DNA of 64,000 nt from an uncultured Alphaproteobacteria bacterium (GCA_934255405.1 CAKQNT010000007.1:286-64285); one strand, 5' to 3'; numbered from the stretch's first letter, positions 21,400-31,861 are shown. Made by a program: numbers and translations. The notes: generated by a model from the letters alone, not told the origin.

Positions 21400-21948
21400 T
21401 TATTTTTGTTTGGCAAACCATTCTTCAGATTTTTGTTTGGTGTTAATTCGCCACAAATAATCAAAATGGGTCTGATAACTTTGCACCGCCTCTTTGTTGC
21501 GAATAAAAAACACGCAGTTTTCGCTGTTTTTTTCCGAGGCGTGGTTTGTCCAGTTATAAGAGCCGGTGGTTGCCTTATTGGCGTCAAAAACCGCAAACTT
21601 GTTGTGTTCTATTTTGTTTTTGCTGTGCACCCTGATGTTGATTCCCTGACGATGCAGATATTTTACTTTTGAAGCTTTGCCCGCCGCCTGCAGCCGATCC
21701 GTCAAAATCCTGATTTTTACGCCTCGTTTATCTGCTTTCAGCAATGCGTCGATTATTTGTTTGTTGTTGATTGAATATACTGCAACATCAATCGTGCTTT
21801 TTGCGCCGTCTATCAGTCTGACAATTTTGTTTTCACATTCTCGCGACGGCGTGAATTTTATTTCAATTTTGGCCAGTGCGGCAGAGCACATTGCTGTTGC
21901 CGCCATAAATATAACCGCGCACTGTAGACTTATTTTGCTGTATTTCAT
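21400..21948 (-). CDS. secreted phospholipase-D-family nuclease (Nuc-like)
   Basis: signal peptide; single HKD motif HNKFAVFD and the GSYNWT motif typical of Nuc/PLD endonucleases. Confidence 0.7.
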   Translation of the reverse strand: MKYSKISLQCAVIFMAATAMCSAALAKIEIKFTPSRECENKIVRLIDGAKSTIDVAVYSINNKQIIDALLKADKRGVKIRILTDRLQAAGKASKVKYLHRQGINIRVHSKNKIEHNKFAVFDANKATTGSYNWTNHASEKNSENCVFFIRNKEAVQSYQTHFDYLWRINTKQKSEEWFAKQK

Positions 21949-22124
21949 TCTGTTGTCACAATCAAAAATTGCTAATATTGCATATATTATAATTAAAAGA
22001 TTTTAATTATTCAACTAAAAAGCTATTTATAAAAAGTTAAATTTTAGACAAAATATCTTTACAAAGGCGCTACATTGTGGTATGTTATCAATAGTTAACG
22101 TATTATAAATTAAAAATTATCATT

Positions 22125-22646
22125 ATGAATAAAAAAGAAATTTTTGGCCTTTTTGAGGCCATCACTACCTCAGGTCAGAACATCTTCGTCAATGACTTTG
22201 ACGGTTGGGGAGAACGTGCGGAGATTCCAAGTTATGAGTTTATTTCCGCGATGGAAGGTAACGGTGTAAAAAGCCATGCCACAGATGAGGAATATATTCC
22301 GCAATATCGCACCATCCGCCGTGGCAATCACCTCAAGGTTCAGCTCCGTCAAGATGGACAGCTCATCAAGCGGTTTATCTTGGGCGAGCTTTTCCCCGAT
22401 AACCACGTGGTCATTGTGACAAGTGGCGAGGCGCTCCGCTGGTTCGCACCAATCTTTGCTCTCAGATCAGAGCTAATAGATTGGCTGATGCTGGTGCATG
22501 AGTATTGCATTCTGCGCCAGAATCAAGGCAACCCCGTTCCATGGTATTGGGAGGAGGAGATGGTGGAACTGGCGAAGTTCTTCTATCGGAACAACCCCGA
22601 TAAGGAGAACGACAAAAGTATCTATGACTATCTTACAGATATCTAG
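22125..22646 (+). CDS. hypothetical protein (173 aa)
   Basis: clean ORF with AT-rich promoter region and a downstream terminator; no family recognised. Confidence 0.4.
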   Translation: MNKKEIFGLFEAITTSGQNIFVNDFDGWGERAEIPSYEFISAMEGNGVKSHATDEEYIPQYRTIRRGNHLKVQLRQDGQLIKRFILGELFPDNHVVIVTSGEALRWFAPIFALRSELIDWLMLVHEYCILRQNQGNPVPWYWEEEMVELAKFFYRNNPDKENDKSIYDYLTDI

Positions 22647-22666
22647 ATCCTTTGTCTCAACAAAAT

Positions 22667-22700
22667 AACGCTGACAGTTCAAAACTGCCAGCGTTTTTTT
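22667..22700 (+). terminator. rho-independent terminator
   Basis: AACGCTGACAGTT-caaa-AACTGCCAGCGTT hairpin followed by TTTTTTT. Confidence 0.6.
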
Positions 22701-22831
22701 ATTATACGCATACACTTTTTGCATAGGTGTTTATATACCTGTTAAAGATATGCGGCTCCGGTTTGACAAAACAAGTTCTATATAATAAAAACAATCCATT
22801 CTATATTTTATATTTAGGCGTCTTTGTTGGT

Positions 22832-24292
22832 ATGAAAAATTTACTAAAGAACAATTTTATTACTTTTTTGGCAGTCCACTTTGTTGTTTGGTGCTGTGTT
22901 CCTCTGTTGCGCGCCAGTTTGCCCATGGATAGCATAGAGGCGGTTATATGGGGGCAATACTGCGGTTGGGGAACCAACAAGCATCCGCCGCTTTCCGGTT
23001 TTCCGGCGGCGTGGTTTTATGATTGGTTTGGCAATGCCGGAATATATATATTGAGCCAAGTATGCGTTTTGCTTGGGTTTATCTATATCTACAAGCTCGC
23101 CAAGTGCTTTTTGGAAGAAAAAAAAGCGGTGTTGGCGGTGATGATGCTGGAGGGCGTGATTTATTACGGCTTCAGTTCTATGGAATATAATGTCAATGTG
23201 TTGTCATTGGCATTGTGGCCGGCAACCGTTTATTACTTTTATCTGGCATTGCAAGATAAAAAATGGTCGCATTGGGCTCTCACCGGTCTGTTTGCCGGAC
23301 TAAATGTTTTGAACAAATATGTCAGCGGTGTGTTGTTGCTGTGTATGGCGGCATATATGTTATTTACGCCGCAGGGGCGCGCCAGGTTCAAAACCTTTGG
23401 TCCGTATCTTACTTTTGCGGTTTTTATGGCGGTTGTGGCGCCGCATTTGTTCTGGCTTTATGAATATGATTTTTTTGTTCTCGATTATTTCAACGCCCGC
23501 ACCGCTCCGGTGAGCACTGATACAATGTGGCAAGAGGTTGCCAAACATTTTTATTTTCCGCTCAAGTTTTTGCTGGCTCAAGCGTTGTTTGCGCTATTGG
23601 CATTAGTCATATATTTTGCGGCTTATGGCAAGGCAGAAAATACCTCGCAAAAAATCACTCCTCAAGCGCTTCGTTTTTTGAAGTATATGGGAGTGTTGCC
23701 GGTTTTGGTTTTTGTCGCGGTTGCTTTTATTTTTGGTATAAAGATGAAAAGCATGTGGGGATTTCCGGTAATGTATATGCTGGGGATTTTGTTGTTTGTG
23801 TATTATCCGTTTCGGCTAACCGAGCGATTGTATCACAATATGCTTAAATCGGTTTATGCCGTTATGGCGTTGCTGGCTTTTGTCGCAATAATAATTATTG
23901 TTTTTGGCAAAAGTGAAAAATTCAATTTTGTCGGAGCGGAGTTTGCCGAGAATATGAATGAGATTTGGCGGCAACAAACCGGTCGTGATTTAGATTATGT
24001 CGGCGGAGAGATTTGGTATATCTCCAATGTCGCACTCTATGGAAAACATCACCCCAAGCCGGTGGCGGAAATGAATCCCAGCTATAATCCGTGGTTTTCG
24101 GCACAAGATATTGCCCAAAAAGGCGCGTTGGTTGTTTTTTCATCAAAAAATCGAATTTTTGAATTGCAAGAGACATACCCCAATATTAGCAAACCGTACG
24201 AATATAAGCTTGAAATTAAAAACAAAGCGGGTAGGATAGAGAACAAAACAATTTATTATGGTTTCTTAAACCCAGAGGAAAACAATGACTAA
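22832..24292 (+). CDS. GT39/GT83-family (ArnT/PMT-like) membrane glycosyltransferase
   Basis: ~12 predicted TM helices plus a C-terminal periplasmic domain; start at MKNLLKNNF. Confidence 0.6.
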   Translation: MKNLLKNNFITFLAVHFVVWCCVPLLRASLPMDSIEAVIWGQYCGWGTNKHPPLSGFPAAWFYDWFGNAGIYILSQVCVLLGFIYIYKLAKCFLEEKKAVLAVMMLEGVIYYGFSSMEYNVNVLSLALWPATVYYFYLALQDKKWSHWALTGLFAGLNVLNKYVSGVLLLCMAAYMLFTPQGRARFKTFGPYLTFAVFMAVVAPHLFWLYEYDFFVLDYFNARTAPVSTDTMWQEVAKHFYFPLKFLLAQALFALLALVIYFAAYGKAENTSQKITPQALRFLKYMGVLPVLVFVAVAFIFGIKMKSMWGFPVMYMLGILLFVYYPFRLTERLYHNMLKSVYAVMALLAFVAIIIIVFGKSEKFNFVGAEFAENMNEIWRQQTGRDLDYVGGEIWYISNVALYGKHHPKPVAEMNPSYNPWFSAQDIAQKGALVVFSSKNRIFELQETYPNISKPYEYKLEIKNKAGRIENKTIYYGFLNPEENND

Positions 24293-25265
24293 ATCATCAG
24301 TAAGTATTGTGGTGTCTGCCTACAACGAAGAGGGAAATATAGAGCCCTTATATAAGGAATTGCAAAAGGTTCTTTCTACCATCAAACTGGATAAAAAAGA
24401 AATTATTTTTGTAGACGACGGAAGTTCGGATCAAACTTATGAAAAGTGCAAAGCACTGCAGCAAAAAGACGCTGGTGTAAAGATTGTCCATCTTAAACGT
24501 AATTTTGGTCATGAAATCGCTATGACCGCCGGTATGGACTATTCCTCCGGAGATGCGGTGATTTTTATGGATGCAGATTTGCAACATCCGCCGCTTTATA
24601 TCAAGCAGATGATAGAAGAGTGGCAAAACGGCATGGATATTGTCCTGACCAGACGAGTAGACAATGTTGACACTTCAGCGTTTTACAAATTCTGCGCCAA
24701 GAGTTTTTATAAAATTCTCAATATGCTTTCAGATACAAAAATTCCCGAAAAAACTCCGGATTTTAGGCTGATTGACCGTAAATATGTAGATTTTTTGAAA
24801 AACTTTAACGAGCAAGACCGCCTGTTTCGCGGATTGTTGAGCTGGATTATGCCGCATGACAAGGTCAAAGTTATTGACTTTGTGGCGCCGGAACGCTTGA
24901 GCGGGCAGTCAAAATATAATTTTAGCAAAAGTTTGCAACTGGCTCTAAACTCGATTGTGCAGTTTTCGGTCAAGCCGTTGCGTTTTTCTGCATATTTTGG
25001 GATGTTTTCGGCATTTGTTGCCGGCTTGCTGGGCTTATATGTTATTGGCGAGCACTTTGTTCTTCATCGTCCGACCCCCGGCTATGCTACCATCATGACA
25101 ACGGTGATTTTTTTGGGTTCGGTTCAGCTGATTGTTTTGGGGATTATTGGCGAATATATCGGCAAGATTCACATGGAAGTAAAAAAACGTCCGCTATATA
25201 TGGCAGATTTTGAAACCGGAGAAGATATAAAAAAGGTTGTCCGCAATGGTAAAAAAGATATTTAA
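24285..25265 (+). CDS. GT2-family polyprenol-phosphate glycosyltransferase (ArnC/GtrB-like)
   Basis: VSIVVSAYNEEGNI, DDGSSD and DADLQHPP (DxD) motifs; two C-terminal TM helices. Confidence 0.8.
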   Translation: MTKSSVSIVVSAYNEEGNIEPLYKELQKVLSTIKLDKKEIIFVDDGSSDQTYEKCKALQQKDAGVKIVHLKRNFGHEIAMTAGMDYSSGDAVIFMDADLQHPPLYIKQMIEEWQNGMDIVLTRRVDNVDTSAFYKFCAKSFYKILNMLSDTKIPEKTPDFRLIDRKYVDFLKNFNEQDRLFRGLLSWIMPHDKVKVIDFVAPERLSGQSKYNFSKSLQLALNSIVQFSVKPLRFSAYFGMFSAFVAGLLGLYVIGEHFVLHRPTPGYATIMTTVIFLGSVQLIVLGIIGEYIGKIHMEVKKRPLYMADFETGEDIKKVVRNGKKDI

Positions 25266-26082
25266 TGCCGATGATTTTGGGGCAACCCGCGGCATAAATC
25301 AGGCGGTGGCCAAGGCGTATCATGAGGGGATATTGAATAGCACCAGCATTATGATTAGCCTTGATTTTGTTGCGGAGGCGCTGGAATTGGCTCAAAAAAT
25401 GCCGAATTTAGACATCGGTTTGCACCTTAACCTCACCAACGAGCGAGCAGTCTCAAACCCCAAGGATATTCCGCTTTTGGCTGATGAAAAGGGGCGCTTT
25501 AAGCATGGGTTTGTCAACTTGTTGCTGTTGTCGATATTTAGGTTTAGGCAGTTTCGGCGAGAGGTTGAATTAGAAACTCGCGCCCAGATAGAAAAGGCGC
25601 AAAAATATGGCATCAAGCTCAGCCATATCGACAGTCATCGCCATATTCATCATATTCCTCTGATTTTTGGCGTTGTCAAAAAACTGGCGCGAGAATATCA
25701 GATTCCCCGAATACGAGTGGTTAACGAAAATATATTCAATACCCTAAAGTCAAACCGAGACAAAAGCTATCTCAAAGACGGCGGATTGATTAAATATCTG
25801 GTGCTGAGGAGTCTGGCGCTGTGGAATCGTATTTGGTTTAGGCATAAGACAGATACATATTTTTACAGCATTTTGTACACTTGCAAACTTTCTCGGGAGC
25901 GGTTTAAGAATCTGCGTGTTCCGCAAGGATACAAGGCTATTGAAGTCGGTATCCATCCGGCAATGCCTGAGATTGACGAGAAATACAAATCAGAGCTGTT
26001 TGACCTAAATGTTTTGTCTCCATGGCGGAGCAAAGAACTGGAAACTTTGTTGGATAAGCATATTGCTGATGAAATCAGATGA
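25237..26082 (+). CDS. ChbG/HpnK (YdjC) family carbohydrate deacetylase
   Basis: N-terminal ADDFG motif plus the HLN.T and H.DSH.H metal-binding blocks. Confidence 0.65.
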   Translation: MSAMVKKIFNADDFGATRGINQAVAKAYHEGILNSTSIMISLDFVAEALELAQKMPNLDIGLHLNLTNERAVSNPKDIPLLADEKGRFKHGFVNLLLLSIFRFRQFRREVELETRAQIEKAQKYGIKLSHIDSHRHIHHIPLIFGVVKKLAREYQIPRIRVVNENIFNTLKSNRDKSYLKDGGLIKYLVLRSLALWNRIWFRHKTDTYFYSILYTCKLSRERFKNLRVPQGYKAIEVGIHPAMPEIDEKYKSELFDLNVLSPWRSKELETLLDKHIADEIR

Positions 26083-26501
26083 TTAGACTTTATAAACTAA
26101 TTGAAGCGATTTGGTTCAAGATTAATCAAAAAATCCGTTTTCTGCTGGTTGGCGGTTTTAATACTGTTTTTGCCTATGGAGTTTTTGCGGCTTTATACGA
26201 GTTAGCTCGTATAAATTATAATTCCGCGCTGATTTTGCAATATTTTATTACCGTAAATGTGTCTTTTTTCACCATGCGATATTATGTTTTTCAAAGTCAT
26301 GGCAATATCGGAGCAGAATACCTCAAGTCCTGGACGGTTTATATCGGAATGTATTTTTTTAATGCCTTTGCGCTGAATTTTTTTGTATGGATTTTGGGGC
26401 TGTATCCGTTGGTCGGACAGGCGGCGTATCTTGTAATTTCTACGGTGCTGACTTTTCTGTTGCACAAATACTATTCGTTCCGCGAGAAGCAAACAGCCTG
26501 A
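26079..26501 (+). CDS. GtrA-family membrane protein
   Basis: 140 aa, four TM helices, FLLVGGFNTVFAYGVFA N-terminal GtrA signature. Confidence 0.65.
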   Translation: MIRLYKLIEAIWFKINQKIRFLLVGGFNTVFAYGVFAALYELARINYNSALILQYFITVNVSFFTMRYYVFQSHGNIGAEYLKSWTVYIGMYFFNAFALNFFVWILGLYPLVGQAAYLVISTVLTFLLHKYYSFREKQTA

Positions 26502-26529
26502 TATATCTTATTTTTTTTCTAGGCACATT

Positions 26530-26577
26530 GCAAGTTTTTGCTAAAAAAAGAGGTTGCATTTTTATGCAGCCTCTTTT
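26530..26577. repeat. left direct repeat bounding the low-GC island (also a hairpin terminator)
   Basis: GCAAGTTTTTGCTAAAAAAAGAGGTTGCATTTTTATGCAGCCTCTTTT; the same sequence with a divergent loop recurs at 31807-31855. Confidence 0.7.
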
Positions 26578-26676
26578 GGATTTTATAAGAATATTTGTTT
26601 TTTGCTGAAAATATAGACAAAACTCAAAATATGTGGTAAAATGCCTCCATACATTGCAACAAACAAGGAGATTAAA

Positions 26677-28344
26677 ATGGCTGAGAACCAGAACGAAAGT
26701 GATAAAGAAATTTATTGGTGCAGCATTAATGCTACCAACAAGATTCTTGCAGACAAGATGGAGGCGCGTGGATACCAATTAAAACATGTAGGTAACAGCT
26801 GTTTTGAAAGCAGAAATATCTATGTTATCAAAACAGAAGATGAGATTTTAACGCCTGAAGTCTTTGAAAAAATGCAACAAGATCTAGAAGAGTGCAAGTT
26901 AGAAGCTACAGAAGACAAATTAAAAGCATTCGATCAGTATTTTGATGAACAATCAGTAGATAAAAATAAAGTTTATTCTCTTGTTAAAACAGGATACAAT
27001 TATGATCAAACACGTATTCAAAATAGTGATAAATACGAAACAGTAGCGGAAGACATCATTGCTTATACAGGGGATGGCCGCACAGGCTATCGCCATACAT
27101 ATCAAAGTTTGGTGTTTCACGTAGATCGAATAATAAATGATAAACGAAATTTTATTACAATAGAAGTACCGCAAAATATGATAGGTATGCTTGTTGGTAA
27201 AGGTGGTAGAAACATTAAAAAACTCGAGGAAAGATTTGGAAAAAGATTTAGAGTTGTGCAATCGGCCAAAGAAAAAGAAGAACAAAAAATACAAAAGCAT
27301 AAAGAGGATTTGCAACAACTGCGCAGTGATGTGATAGACACCGTCGGCGACTTTGTTTTGACTGCCAACGAACAAGATTTGCAAAAAGCTGTCGTTGATT
27401 ATATGGAAGTCAACAAACATTCTCTGCCTTTTATTCCTAGTGTTGAAGAGCTAAAAGGCATTTATGAGAGATTGTGCGAAGTAAAAGAGCTTAGAGTTGC
27501 CGAAGAAGCAGAAAGACGTCAAATGGCATTGGAATCATTACAAATCGATATAGAATATTCCTTTGGTAAAGATATAGTATCTTTTTCCGACGCCGATGTT
27601 GCACAAAAAACGATTGATTATCTGAATGAAAATAAAGACAAGCTTCCGGTAAAACCCAACATGGAAGAGCTGAAAATCATGCAGCAAAATTTATTAACCG
27701 AAAGAGATGAACGAATTGTAGAACAAAAACAAAGAAAGAAGTCTGCCAAAGAAAAAATGTATAGAGCGGCTGATAAAATTATTCACAATTTTGTTTATGA
27801 AAATGATCGTGCAATGCCCTCTGATGAGGTGCTAAAAGCAGGCATTGCTGACTTCTTAGAGCATAATTCAGATGATTCAGATCTTGCGAAAGTAGCAGAC
27901 AATACCGAAAAAGAAATTATTTTGTTATTGCAAAAAGAAAGACATAAAGAGCAAGTGGCGGAGAAAAATTTTAATGATACTGCCACCAAAGTTCTGGAAA
28001 AATTTTTCCATGGCAATGAAAGTCGCGGCCATGGAAAAAAATTTTTCAGTATTATGGGAGAAAACAAACAGGCAGCTGCTTATGATCAATTGGCAAACAG
28101 AATGATGGAAAAGTTGGGATTGTCGGCTGAAGAAGACTACCCTTTACCCACCATCAAATCTATTCAATATGATAAATGCCGTATAGGAATTGAGGATTTT
28201 GAGAAAAGATATTCAGGAACCTGGAGTTATGATGAATATAGCTTACCAGAAACGAAAAAAGAGCAACCGGCAGAGGCAAAAGAGCCTACTTTGGCTAACT
28301 TAGCCGCACTTTGGGGGGCAAAACTGAAAACTCCTAAAAGGTAA
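26677..28344 (+). CDS. KH-domain-containing hypothetical protein (low-GC island)
   Basis: AAGGAG RBS before the Met; type-I KH-like GxxG motif IEVPQNMIGMLVGKGGRNIKKLEERFG; rest is E/K-rich and predicted helical. Confidence 0.45.
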   Translation: MAENQNESDKEIYWCSINATNKILADKMEARGYQLKHVGNSCFESRNIYVIKTEDEILTPEVFEKMQQDLEECKLEATEDKLKAFDQYFDEQSVDKNKVYSLVKTGYNYDQTRIQNSDKYETVAEDIIAYTGDGRTGYRHTYQSLVFHVDRIINDKRNFITIEVPQNMIGMLVGKGGRNIKKLEERFGKRFRVVQSAKEKEEQKIQKHKEDLQQLRSDVIDTVGDFVLTANEQDLQKAVVDYMEVNKHSLPFIPSVEELKGIYERLCEVKELRVAEEAERRQMALESLQIDIEYSFGKDIVSFSDADVAQKTIDYLNENKDKLPVKPNMEELKIMQQNLLTERDERIVEQKQRKKSAKEKMYRAADKIIHNFVYENDRAMPSDEVLKAGIADFLEHNSDDSDLAKVADNTEKEIILLLQKERHKEQVAEKNFNDTATKVLEKFFHGNESRGHGKKFFSIMGENKQAAAYDQLANRMMEKLGLSAEEDYPLPTIKSIQYDKCRIGIEDFEKRYSGTWSYDEYSLPETKKEQPAEAKEPTLANLAALWGAKLKTPKR

Positions 28345-28537
28345 GATATACTTCATTCTTAATTAAAGGGCGGTAAGATTTCTTGCCGCTCTTTTGTTTT
28401 TCCTTGGCAGGCTTATTAGGCAAAAAAGAGGTGAGCCAGACTTGAGAAAAATCGCCAGAACTTCGGTCATTAAAATCAACTTAGTATTTTATGTCATATG
28501 CAGTGCTAATGCCGTTGAGAACACAAGGATTTAAGAA

Positions 28538-28915
28538 ATGACACAGATTTTTGGCCGAGCGTGGCTGTTAGGTCACATTGATTACGTTTGGAATAATCGG
28601 CACAAGCTACAAAACAGACATTGTGCCGAATTTGTTGTTACAGGGTTTGTTATCAATTCCTTCGTCTGCCCTTATTATGGCTACGCGATTGATAAAATAA
28701 CCCTCGGAAACCTAATCAAACTATGGAACAATGGCTTTACTTATAAAGATTTTCCATTAGTTAACTACCGAATATCCCATGGCGATAGTTCCACCAACAT
28801 CGCCTACATCTACCGCGGCAAGGTTTTTAGTCATAGATTTCCTTATTCAGATCCAGATAAATACATTCCAACGGAGGAAGTGAGGAAGATTTTAAAAGAT
28901 TTGCGGAAGCTATGA
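28538..28915 (+). CDS. hypothetical protein (125 aa, island)
   Basis: ORF only; AT-rich. Confidence 0.3.
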   Translation: MTQIFGRAWLLGHIDYVWNNRHKLQNRHCAEFVVTGFVINSFVCPYYGYAIDKITLGNLIKLWNNGFTYKDFPLVNYRISHGDSSTNIAYIYRGKVFSHRFPYSDPDKYIPTEEVRKILKDLRKL

Positions 28916-29033
28916 ATAATGCCAATTATTCATACAATCTTATATAAAGTAAAAATATTTAAAAACTTAATATTACTTGTTGCATTTTTTTTATACACAC
29001 GTATATTACTACTATAATTTCGCGGAAATAGAT

Positions 29034-30143
29034 ATGGAAAAGAAAGATAATTTGGGTTGCTTAAAACGCATAAAAATAAAAGGGTTTAAGTCTATTTCTA
29101 CCCTGAGCATTGATATTGCTCCACTGAATATTATTGTCGGTCCAAATGGTGTTGGTAAAAGTAATTTTGTAGGGATTTTTGACTTATTATATAACATAGG
29201 TGCAAAACAGCTTCAAAAATATATAGCTATAAATGGAGGAGCAAATCGTTTCTTGCATTTTGGTTCTAAAATTACAAACAATGTCTCCATTCAACTAGAT
29301 TTTTCTATTAATCAGTATATATGTAATCTTGTTTATGCTGTTGGAAATAAGTTTATATTTGAAAAAGAAGAAGGTTGCGTTAAAGGAGATTATGTTCCTA
29401 AATGTATTGATTTTACAAAATATGGAGAAGAAGAAACATCCCTTAATGCAACGTCATATTCAATTGCAGGATATATTAAAACATATTTAAGCGGTTTGAA
29501 AAAGTATCATTTTCACGATACAACAAAAGAAAGTCCTTTGAAACAATCAGCCAATAAACGAGACAATATGCAACTTCGTGGAAATGGTTCTAATCTTGCT
29601 GCTATGTTATATAAGTTTAAGAATAATGAAAAATATAAATATGATTATAATCAAATAGTTAAAACAATAAGGCTTGTAGCCCCATTTTTTGATGATTTCA
29701 TATTAGAACCAGATGAAAACGATAATATTTTATTGGCTTGGAAGCACCAAGATTCAGATGAGCATTTTGATTGTTTTGATTTTTCTGACGGCACGTTAAG
29801 ATTTATTGCTTTGGTAACTTTACTGCTACAACCTAATGAATTTATTCCTCAAACAATATTAATTGATGAACCAGAATTGGGCTTACATCCATATGCACTA
29901 AAAATATTAGCTGAATTATTTAAGAATGTTACAAGAAATGGAAAGCAAATTATAGCAACTTCCCAATCGGTATCTTTCATTAATGAATTTAGCTATGAAG
30001 ATATAATAATTGCCGATAGAATTAACGGACAATCTGTTTTTCGTCGTTTAGATAAAGAAGAAGTGCAAAATTGGCTAGATGAGTTTGCTATGGGAGATAT
30101 TTGGGCTCGCAATATTATCGGAGGTATGCCAAATGACTTTTAA
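29034..30143 (+). CDS. ABC/AAA_21-type ATPase (SMC-like, OLD/AbiEii-type ATPase fold)
   Basis: IKIKGFKSI..LNIIVGPNGVGKSNF Walker A; ILIDEPELGLHP Walker B/D-loop; QIIATSQS H-loop region. Confidence 0.7.
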   Translation: MEKKDNLGCLKRIKIKGFKSISTLSIDIAPLNIIVGPNGVGKSNFVGIFDLLYNIGAKQLQKYIAINGGANRFLHFGSKITNNVSIQLDFSINQYICNLVYAVGNKFIFEKEEGCVKGDYVPKCIDFTKYGEEETSLNATSYSIAGYIKTYLSGLKKYHFHDTTKESPLKQSANKRDNMQLRGNGSNLAAMLYKFKNNEKYKYDYNQIVKTIRLVAPFFDDFILEPDENDNILLAWKHQDSDEHFDCFDFSDGTLRFIALVTLLLQPNEFIPQTILIDEPELGLHPYALKILAELFKNVTRNGKQIIATSQSVSFINEFSYEDIIIADRINGQSVFRRLDKEEVQNWLDEFAMGDIWARNIIGGMPNDF

Positions 30144-30723
30144 AAATATCTCAGTCATTTGTGAGGGAACCACAGAAAGTGATTTTATTAAATATTTAAG
30201 CCGTGTCTATTTTGTTCCTAAGCGTATTTGCCTTAAGCCAATAATTATGGATGGTAATGTATCTATAGATAGACTTGTTTATTTTGTTCATAAAGCTAAT
30301 TATCCAATCTCAACTACATTTGTGGATTATTATGGTATTAAAGGTAATCCTCAAGAGAGTTGTGAAGAGTTAGAAGCTCTTTTAAAAGAAAAAGTTAAAA
30401 AAGAACATTTCATTCCTTATTTGCAAAAACATGAGACAGAAGCACTATGGTTTTCAAATATAGATGTTATTAGTGAAGTGAAGAATGCAACATCAGCTCA
30501 ACAAAAAAAATTACAGACTATAATTTCTAACTACCCTAATCCTGAAGATATAAATAACAGCAGAGAGACAGCTCCTTCAAAACGTTTAATGTCTATTTTC
30601 AGTAATTATAATAAAATTATAGATGGTAATAGTATTGCACAAAACATCTCTATTGAGGAAATTAAATTTAAATGTCCTCGTTTTGCTAATTGGTTATCTC
30701 AAATAGAACGAGAAGTATACTAA
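30133..30723 (+). CDS. DUF4276/TOPRIM-like small protein, partner of the ATPase
   Basis: GGAGG RBS; N-terminal VICEGTTESDFIKYL resembles the conserved start of DUF4276 (OLD-type TOPRIM-like); overlaps the ATPase stop. Confidence 0.5.
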   Translation: MTFKNISVICEGTTESDFIKYLSRVYFVPKRICLKPIIMDGNVSIDRLVYFVHKANYPISTTFVDYYGIKGNPQESCEELEALLKEKVKKEHFIPYLQKHETEALWFSNIDVISEVKNATSAQQKKLQTIISNYPNPEDINNSRETAPSKRLMSIFSNYNKIIDGNSIAQNISIEEIKFKCPRFANWLSQIEREVY

Positions 30724-30880
30724 AGCAAGACTAAGAAATTCTTGTATGATAAAAATAAAGCTCTACCGAATTATTTAATTTAATTCAAAATGTTAAACAA
30801 TCCTCTTCATCCCAACAAAGTTTAACATTTTTAAATTTAGGATTATTTTTTGTTCTTTTCCATTTCTTTGGCAAGCTCAT

Positions 30881-31471
30881 TTACGAGCTGCGTATCACGG
30901 TCTTTGTATGCTTGCACCAAAGGAGCATAATATCTTGCGCTTTTGCCTTCACCGACATAAGGAATACGAATAATACTGGATGCTTTTCTTCCTTGCGCAT
31001 AGCCAGTAATGTGGCATAAGAAATTCCAAGAACACTTGCAGTTTGCTTCATATTAAGCCATTTCGTTTTCATCGCAATTTCAAGCTCGGTCTTACTCTTC
31101 GTTGTATCCATATTATTAAGATATAGAATTTCTAATTCTGAAGCACAATCATTGATTTTATGTGCCTTTAAGACTTTTATAAAGCTATGGATGGATTTAT
31201 TAGCCATTTTAACCATTCTTGCTCCGAAAAGCATCTGGCTGATTTTAGCTTTAGTCGGAAGAACAATGTCATTGATTTTGAAATCGGTTAAAAAGAACAT
31301 ATTTTTCCAATTAACCGCAGTAAAATTGACCTCTTCAAAGAATACTTTGCCTTCAAAGATATTATTTTCAAAGGAGCTCTTTAAGAATGATATGTTTGAT
31401 AAACGGAGGTTGGCATTCTTGGCAAATCTGCAATCCTTTAATATCAAGGCATTACTCATGCCTTCTTTCAT
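30881..31471 (-). CDS. hypothetical protein with a pentapeptide-repeat-like N-terminus and an HTH-like C-terminus (possibly degraded)
   Basis: ORF; alternative-frame continuation at the 3' end suggests a frameshifted HTH (GISYATLLAMRKEGK..). Confidence 0.25.
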   Translation of the reverse strand: MKEGMSNALILKDCRFAKNANLRLSNISFLKSSFENNIFEGKVFFEEVNFTAVNWKNMFFLTDFKINDIVLPTKAKISQMLFGARMVKMANKSIHSFIKVLKAHKINDCASELEILYLNNMDTTKSKTELEIAMKTKWLNMKQTASVLGISYATLLAMRKEEKHPVLFVFLMSVKAKAQDIMLLWCKHTKTVIRSS

Positions 31472-31806
31472 GTCATCAAGAGTAACATCCGAATTAAAGA
31501 TAACAGCTTTGATGAAACGACTTTAGGGCTGTTAGATATTGCAACTCAAGCAGGAAATATCTTTGATAAGTCGCAGAATCTTGAACTAAAGAGATTGTTG
31601 TTGAAATTTGTCTTTGAGAGCCTGACTTTAACCGAAGGCGTATTAACTTATAAACTGAAGTTTCCGTTTAATGAATTTGTTAATAGTAACATTTTGACGG
31701 CACAGGCTGCCAAAGCATACGAACCGAACCAAACTATTGCAAATCAAGGCTTAACTGAACATGGTAACGAAAATGTACAGTTCGGGTATTTAAAATCGTT
31801 AGAACC

Positions 31807-31855
31807 GCAAGTTTTTGCTAAAAAAAGAGGTTACATTGAAAAATGCAGCCTCTTT
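31807..31855. repeat. right direct repeat bounding the island; terminator of tRNA-Glu
   Basis: GCAAGTTTTTGCTAAAAAAAGAGGTTACATTGAAAAATGCAGCCTCTTT lies immediately 3' of tRNA-Glu. Confidence 0.7.
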
Positions 31856-31861
31856 CAAAAT

